Below are positions 59,420-64,000 of a DNA stretch of 64,000 nt, in pieces. Within the stretch, counting starts at the first letter, position 1. The number at the start of each line of letters is the position of its first letter. The position numbers and the translations under genes are program-made. The notes under the pieces were generated by a model, which ran no database searches, was not told the DNA's origin, and was given only the letters and a program-made list of their open reading frames with translations. This stretch comes from an uncultured Solirubrobacterales bacterium (GTDB taxonomy: Bacteria > Actinomycetota > Thermoleophilia > Solirubrobacterales > Solirubrobacteraceae), in the NCBI GenBank assembly GCA_963776185.1, contig CAVZLM010000003.1, positions 198,105 through 262,104 of the forward strand, read 5' to 3'.

Positions 59420-59498
59420 CTGAACCGCCCGCCGTCGTCCGCGGCTGGGTACCTCCGGTGTTCCTGCTTTCCGTGCGAGGTATGGGCGCCGTCGTCGT

Positions 59499-59696
59499 TC
59501 AGTGCGGCGGGGGGCTGAGTTCGTTCAGCCTCACCGTGGATCGTGATGGCGTAGCCGTCCGGGTCACTGAGCGTGAACGTCCGGCCGAAGTGACCATCGA
59601 CCGGCTCAGTGGCGCCGCAACATCGAGTTCGTCAGGGGCACTGAGGCACCGATCCGGCCGCTGATCGACCAGCTCAGCTTCATCGAGGACAAGCAC
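59499..59696 (-). pseudogene. Decayed glyoxalase/VOC-family gene fragment (approximate limits)
   Basis: The minus-strand frame gives TEPVDGHFGRTFTLSDPDGYAITIHGE, the F..DPDG..i.i C-terminal VOC motif. A TGA stop closes this frame just upstream, and a different minus frame continues upstream (PDELDVAAPLS), implying a frameshift. No start codon or intact ORF is present. Confidence 0.3.
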
Positions 59697-60022
59697 CGCT
59701 GGGGATACACGTTCCGGTTCGGCATATTGAAGATCCCACCAGAAGACTTCGCGGTGATCTCACGAGCGATGGCAGCCGAGAACCCGAGTAGCCAACGTGC
59801 CGCAAGACGATCATGATCCCGCCGGCGGGCGACCCGCGTGGCCGAGGAGCAGGCTACCTCCCGGATCGACCCCAGATCCGCCAAGAACGGAGGCTCCAAC
59901 CACTGCCCCCCTCAGCGGCAACCCGACAGCTAGCGGATCTCACCGCTGCTCCGAGGACAAGCGACGTTCCAGCGACCTATCGCCAACGCCGCGAATCGAC
60001 AAGCCACTTCAGGAACGCTGCG

Positions 60023-60742
60023 CTAGGTGGAAGCGGGCTCGGCGAGCGCGATGTCGCGGGTGCGGCTCGGATCCACCTTGATTCCGGGACCCATCGTCGA
60101 GGTCATCGTGATCGACTCCAGATAGCGGCCCTTGGCGGCCGAGGGCTTGGCGCGCATCAACTCTTCGATCACGGCCGCATAGTTCTCCAAGAGCTGGCGC
60201 TCGTCGAAGCTCGCCTTGCCGATCACCATGTGGACGATCCCGGTGCGGTCGGTGCGGTACTCGACCTTGCCGGACTTCGACTCGCTGACGGCCTTGGCGA
60301 CATCCATCGTGACGGTGCCGACTTTCGGGTTTGGCATCTTGCCCGACGGGCCGAGGATGCGACCGAGGCGGCCGACGACGGGCATCATGTCCGGGGTCGC
60401 GATCGCGACATCGAAGTCATCGAAGCCCTCCTCGATCTGCTTCGCGAGATCCTCGGCGCCAACGACGTCGGCGCCCGCCTCCTGTGCTTCACGAGCCTTG
60501 TCGCCCTGCGCAAAGACGGCGATCTTGACTTCCTTGCCGAGGCCGTGAGGCAGCGCGATCGTGCCGCGCAGCTGCTCGTCGGCATGGCGAACGTTCAGGC
60601 CGGTGCGGACGTGGACCTCGACAGACTCGTCGAACTTCGCCTTGGCGAGGTTCTTGAGCAGCCCGACCGCGGCGAGCGGCTCATACTCGTGCTCGCGATC
60701 GACCTTCCCCAGCGCCTCCTGGTGACGTCGTCCGTGGCTCAT
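60023..60742 (-). CDS. rplA: 50S ribosomal protein L1
   Basis: [42 protein letters not shown]...[16 protein letters not shown] is present. Confidence 0.97.
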   Translation of the reverse strand: MSHGRRHQEALGKVDREHEYEPLAAVGLLKNLAKAKFDESVEVHVRTGLNVRHADEQLRGTIALPHGLGKEVKIAVFAQGDKAREAQEAGADVVGAEDLAKQIEEGFDDFDVAIATPDMMPVVGRLGRILGPSGKMPNPKVGTVTMDVAKAVSESKSGKVEYRTDRTGIVHMVIGKASFDERQLLENYAAVIEELMRAKPSAAKGRYLESITMTSTMGPGIKVDPSRTRDIALAEPAST

Positions 60743-61164
60743 GCCTCCACCTCCACGCCCATCGAGCGGGCGGTGCCCGCGATGATCTTGATCGCCTGGT
60801 CGACATCGTGCGCGTTCAGATCGTTCAGCTTGCGCTCGGCTATCTCGCGCAGCTGACTCTGGCTGATCTTGCCGACCTTGTTGCGGTTGGGCTCGCCGGA
60901 GCCCTTCTCCAGGCCAAGTGTCTGGCGGATCAGCACGGCGGCCGGCGGCGTCTTGGTGATGAACGTGAACGAGCGATCCTCATAGACGGTGATCACGACC
61001 GGGATCACGGTCCCGGTTTCGCTGACGGTCTGCGCGTTGAAGGCCTTGCAGAACTCCATGATGTTGATGCCGTGCTGGCCCAGCGCGGGGCCAACCGGAG
61101 GGGCCGGAGTCGCCTGCCCGCCCCGTGCTTGCAGCTTGATGGTTGTCAGTACCTTCTTGGCCAT
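60739..61164 (-). CDS. rplK: 50S ribosomal protein L11
   Basis: [38 protein letters not shown]...[19 protein letters not shown] is present. Confidence 0.98.
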   Translation of the reverse strand: MAKKVLTTIKLQARGGQATPAPPVGPALGQHGINIMEFCKAFNAQTVSETGTVIPVVITVYEDRSFTFITKTPPAAVLIRQTLGLEKGSGEPNRNKVGKISQSQLREIAERKLNDLNAHDVDQAIKIIAGTARSMGVEVEA

Positions 61165-61689
61165 TTAGATCTTCTTCACTTGGTCGAAGCCTACCTCGAC
61201 CGGTGTCTCCCGGCCGAAGATTGATACCAGCACCTTGAGCTTGGCGGCGTCGTCGTTGATCTCGGAGATCTCCCCAGAGAAGTCCGACAGCGGCCCGGAG
61301 ACGACCTTCACGGTTTCGCCGATCGCGAACTGGGCGCGTGTGCGTGGCGCGGTCGCGACGTCCGTCTTGTGCAGCAGACGATCGACCTCCATCTGAGTGA
61401 GCGGCACCGGCTCCTGGGAGGCGCCGACGAAACCGGTCACCCCCGGGGTGCCCTTGACCACCTGCCAGGAATCCTCGTTGAGCTCCATGTTGACGAGCAC
61501 GTAGCCGGGCATCGTGCGCTTCTCGACGGGGGACTTCTGGTTGTCCTTCATCTCCATGACCGTTTCGGTCGGAACTACGACCTGCCGCACGGCGCGCTGC
61601 TGGCCGAGCGAGATCACCCGGTGCTCGAGATTGTGCTTGACCTTGTTCTCATGGCCAGAGTAGGTGTTGACTACATACCAACGAAACAT
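61165..61689 (-). CDS. nusG: Transcription termination/antitermination factor NusG
   Basis: MFRWYVVNTYSGHENKVKHNLEHRV is the N-terminus. The KOW motif is GETVKVVSGPLSDFSGEISEIN. Confidence 0.97.
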   Translation of the reverse strand: MFRWYVVNTYSGHENKVKHNLEHRVISLGQQRAVRQVVVPTETVMEMKDNQKSPVEKRTMPGYVLVNMELNEDSWQVVKGTPGVTGFVGASQEPVPLTQMEVDRLLHKTDVATAPRTRAQFAIGETVKVVSGPLSDFSGEISEINDDAAKLKVLVSIFGRETPVEVGFDQVKKI

Positions 61690-61743
61690 AGATTCCTGAC
61701 GTGTTCAGTTTGGGAACAGAGAAGATTTGACGCGACGGCTCGA

Positions 61744-62361
61744 CTAAAGGATGAGGTTGACGATCTTCTGCGCGACCCAGTCAGCCGCTCCCAGGTAAGC
61801 GCCGGCGATCACGACGAAGCCCAGCACCACCGCGGTGGCCTGGGTGACCTGAGGACGATCCGGCCACTGCACGCGCTGGAGCTCCGCCCAGCTCGCCCGC
61901 AGGAACCCGATCGCACGGTTGCCTTCGCGCCGAGGAGGTGGCGAGGGACGAGCGACCGGGCCGTCCTCACCGTCGTCGCCGCCACCACCACCGCCGCTTC
62001 CGGGTTTCTGGGCAGACCCACCGCCCGAGTCGGAGTCCGGCTGGCGCAGCGCGTCCTCGGCCTCTGCCTCGAACTCGTGCTTGTCCTCCTCGCTGGTGAG
62101 CGGTGCGCCGTCGGCGCCTTGCAGCAGCGCCGCGTCGAATTCCCGCGTGCCACGCATGCCTTTGGCGAGAGCACCGGCACCGGCGAAGTCGTTGCCAGCG
62201 AGACTGTCGGGCGTGTCGCGCACGGGCTGACCGTCGACGACCGGCTCCTCGGGCAGGCTCGCGGACGTGCCATCGCCGCCGGTGGCGGGACGGGCGGCGC
62301 GCCGGGCACCGGCGGCGCCACGCTGACGGCGTTGCTTTGCGCGTTTGCGATCACGAGCCAC
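61744..62361 (-). CDS. secE: Preprotein translocase subunit SecE with long charged N-terminal extension
   Basis: The C-terminal ~60 aa read FLRASWAELQRVQWPDRPQVTQATAVVLGFVVIAGAYLGAADWV, the SecE TM core. The N-terminal ~140 aa are Arg/Gly/Asp/Glu-rich. Confidence 0.85.
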   Translation of the reverse strand: MARDRKRAKQRRQRGAAGARRAARPATGGDGTSASLPEEPVVDGQPVRDTPDSLAGNDFAGAGALAKGMRGTREFDAALLQGADGAPLTSEEDKHEFEAEAEDALRQPDSDSGGGSAQKPGSGGGGGGDDGEDGPVARPSPPPRREGNRAIGFLRASWAELQRVQWPDRPQVTQATAVVLGFVVIAGAYLGAADWVAQKIVNLIL

Positions 62362-62376
62362 AACGGCGCTCCCGCG

Positions 62377-62541
62377 CTAACGGGTCTCCCTGTGGCTGGT
62401 GTGCTTGCGGCACCAGCGACAGTACTTGCGCAGCGTCACCCGGTCCGGGTTGTTGCGCTTGCTCTTATTCGTTTGGTAGTTGCGGTGCTTGCAGTCCTCG
62501 CATGCGAGGGTGATAGCGATCCGCACGTCTCCGCGGGCCAT
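62377..62541 (-). CDS. rpmG: 50S ribosomal protein L33
   Basis: It is not in the ORF track (54 aa). My translation of the minus strand gives [54 protein letters not shown], with the C..C...C..C zinc-ribbon pattern. Confidence 0.93.
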   Translation of the reverse strand: MARGDVRIAITLACEDCKHRNYQTNKSKRNNPDRVTLRKYCRWCRKHTSHRETR

Positions 62542-62856
62542 GTGAGAAATCCCTGCGTGGTTGTTAGATAAACGGCCTTGGGCGAAGAAAAACCCCGCCC
62601 AGGCGCGAGGTACCGATCAGTCTAGCGCGCCCACGCGCCAAGCGTACCTACGGTGCTTTGCCCGAGAACCGCGGTCAGGCGCCCGCCGGGCAATACCGCC
62701 CACAGCAGCGCCACTGCCGGCACTTGACCGATGCTCGCTCGATGAGGGGCCGGGCGGCGCTTTGCACCCCACCTTGACGGCAGGCCGGCGAGCGGCGAAG
62801 CTCCCGAGCGGAGAACCGCCGAGCACGCCGACCGATCAAATTAGGAGACCTTCACC

Positions 62857-63621
62857 ATGCACCTGCCAGAGCCAATTCCCCCGGTAGTCCACGACGAGTC
62901 CTTTGCGGGCGTGACCTACCACATCCGTGGCGAACTCGTGCCGGAGCTGCAGATCGATGTCGGCGCTCAGGGCGTGATGTTCGAGCACCACGTCCTGTTG
63001 TGGAAGGAGACCCAGCTGAACATCGAGCTGAAGAAACTGCCGGGCGCGATCAAGCGCAAGATCGCGGGTCTCGAGTTCTTCGTGACGAAGACCTCCGGCA
63101 GCGGGCAGATCGCCTTCTCGCGCGACTCGCCAGGTCAGTGCATCCCGCTGCACCTGAGTCAAGGAGAGGGGCTGGATGTGCGCGAGCACCAGTTCATCGC
63201 GGCGACCGACAACCTCGACTACAGCTTCGAACGGATCAAGGGCGTGCAGAACATGCTGCTCGGCGGCTCGGGCTTCTTCATGGACAAGTTCCGCGCCACC
63301 AATGGCGACGCGATCGTCTGGCTGCACGGCCACGGCAACGTCTTCGTGGTCCAGCTCGAGGAGGGCGAGCAGATCGACGTGGAGGCCGGTGGCTGGCTCT
63401 TCAAGGATCCGACCGTCAAGCTCGAAGCGGTCACGATGGGCTTGAAGACGGGCATCTTCGGCGGCGGCGGAAAGCTCACCTGGAACCGCTTCACGGGCCC
63501 CGGCCGCCTCGCGATCCAGACGATGTTCATAGCGCCGCTGGAGGGCGCGGAGAGCAACACCAGCGCGGCGGCCACTGGCGGGGTGGCCGGAGCGCTGATC
63601 AGCGGGCTCGCGGGTCGCTGA
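62857..63621 (+). CDS. AIM24/TIGR00266-family (DUF124) protein
   Basis: EHHVLLWKE...FFVTKTSGSGQIAFSRDSPGQCIPLHL..GEGLDVREHQFIAAT...GGSGFFMDKFRATNGDAIVWLHGHGNVF is present. The RBS AGGAGA lies 8 nt upstream. Confidence 0.8.
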   Translation: MHLPEPIPPVVHDESFAGVTYHIRGELVPELQIDVGAQGVMFEHHVLLWKETQLNIELKKLPGAIKRKIAGLEFFVTKTSGSGQIAFSRDSPGQCIPLHLSQGEGLDVREHQFIAATDNLDYSFERIKGVQNMLLGGSGFFMDKFRATNGDAIVWLHGHGNVFVVQLEEGEQIDVEAGGWLFKDPTVKLEAVTMGLKTGIFGGGGKLTWNRFTGPGRLAIQTMFIAPLEGAESNTSAAATGGVAGALISGLAGR

Positions 63622-63685
63622 TCGGCGAGCGCCGCGAGAATCCCCTACCGGCGGGCAGCGAACGCTCGCCGGTGGAAAGCTCGCG

Positions 63686-64000
63686 TCAGTGGCGCTTTGA
63701 GTGGTGGTGGCGCTTGTGCTTTTTCTTCTTCGGCTTCTTCGCCTCGGAGAAGCGCACGCCGTGGAAGATGAACAGGAACGGGCCGCTCGCCGTGGCCTCG
63801 CTGCCGAGCACCAGCGAGGGCATCGCGTGAAAGCGCTTGAGCAGCCCGAGGCCCGTCTTGTTCAACTTCAGCTGGATTGTCGTGGTGGAACCACCGGCGA
63901 GCGAGAAGGGAGCTTCGGCGATTTTCACCGGAATCTTGTCGGGCACATTCCCGTGGTGGACTTCGGAGCTGACGGCGACGATCTTCTTGCCGTTGTCCTT
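63686..64000 (-). CDS. Hypothetical protein, 5' end outside window; Lys/His-rich C-terminal tail
   Basis: The frame is open to the window edge (KDNGKKIVAVSSEVHHGNVPDKIPVK...). It ends in EAKKPKKKKHKRHHHSKRH. No family was recognised. Confidence 0.4.
   Translation of the reverse strand, partial: KDNGKKIVAVSSEVHHGNVPDKIPVKIAEAPFSLAGGSTTTIQLKLNKTGLGLLKRFHAMPSLVLGSEATASGPFLFIFHGVRFSEAKKPKKKKHKRHHHSKRH

Noticed and set aside
59340-59420. N-terminal extension of the ATPase ORF to GTG 59420
   Set aside because: The extension is simply the translation of the three 22-bp DNA repeats. The family's conserved N-terminus (MIERQIRPRVVEAL...GARQVGKST) begins at ATG 59339.
62362-62376. Expected tRNA-Trp between rpmG and secE
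   Set aside because: The gap is only 15 nt. No tRNA-like T-arm or acceptor pattern was seen here or in any other intergenic region of the window.

Overview
This is a high-GC window (about 68-70% judged by eye, not computed) from a monoderm, Actinobacteria-like chromosome. The lineage call is an inference, and a Thermoleophilia/Conexibacter-type origin is only a guess. Two themes dominate.

(1) nt ~3,580-41,140 holds an almost complete Gram-positive-type flagellar regulon:
- a ~25-kb minus-strand operon running flgB-flgC-fliE-fliF-fliG-fliH-fliI-fliJ-slt-fliK-flgD-(TIGR02530-like)-flgE-flbD-motA-motB-fliL-fliN-fliM-fliO-fliP-fliQ-fliR-flhB-flhA-flhF-pilZ, many genes joined by 4-nt ATGA/GTGA overlaps;
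- fliC, then flaG-fliD-fliS-(fliT-like), and a TPR-glycosyltransferase;
- fliA (sigma-28);
- a plus-strand flgF-flgG-(rod-binding)-flgN-flgK-flgL-fliW-csrA operon.

I could not find L/P-ring genes, flhG, flgM or che genes in the window.

(2) nt ~43,350-62,541 holds the conserved rpmG-secE-nusG-rplK-rplA-rplJ-rplL-rpoB-rpoC and rpsL-rpsG cluster. Four of its junctions are interrupted by accessory genes:
- a DUF4143 ATPase with upstream iterons;
- an NfeD-flotillin pair;
- an orphan AbrB-like gene plus HAD-like and DMT-like genes;
- a DUF3800 gene where fusA-tuf is expected.

The flanks are a TetR fragment, valS, an AIM24-family gene and a partial hypothetical gene.

No rRNA, tRNA, CRISPR array, transposase or integrase was recognised.

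I found no clear self-contained novel multi-gene system. The best leads are:
- a family of at least 10 sigma-28-type promoter motifs, several placed 9-12 nt from start codons, implying near-leaderless flagellar mRNAs;
- FlgJ functions split over three signal-less proteins that each carry an FxxxL motif;
- a natural FliM-FliN fusion with no CheY-docking peptide, next to a pilZ gene translationally coupled to flhF;
- the iteron-controlled ATPase/nuclease-like gene inside the ribosomal protein cluster.

All family calls come from reading the translations. No database search was run.
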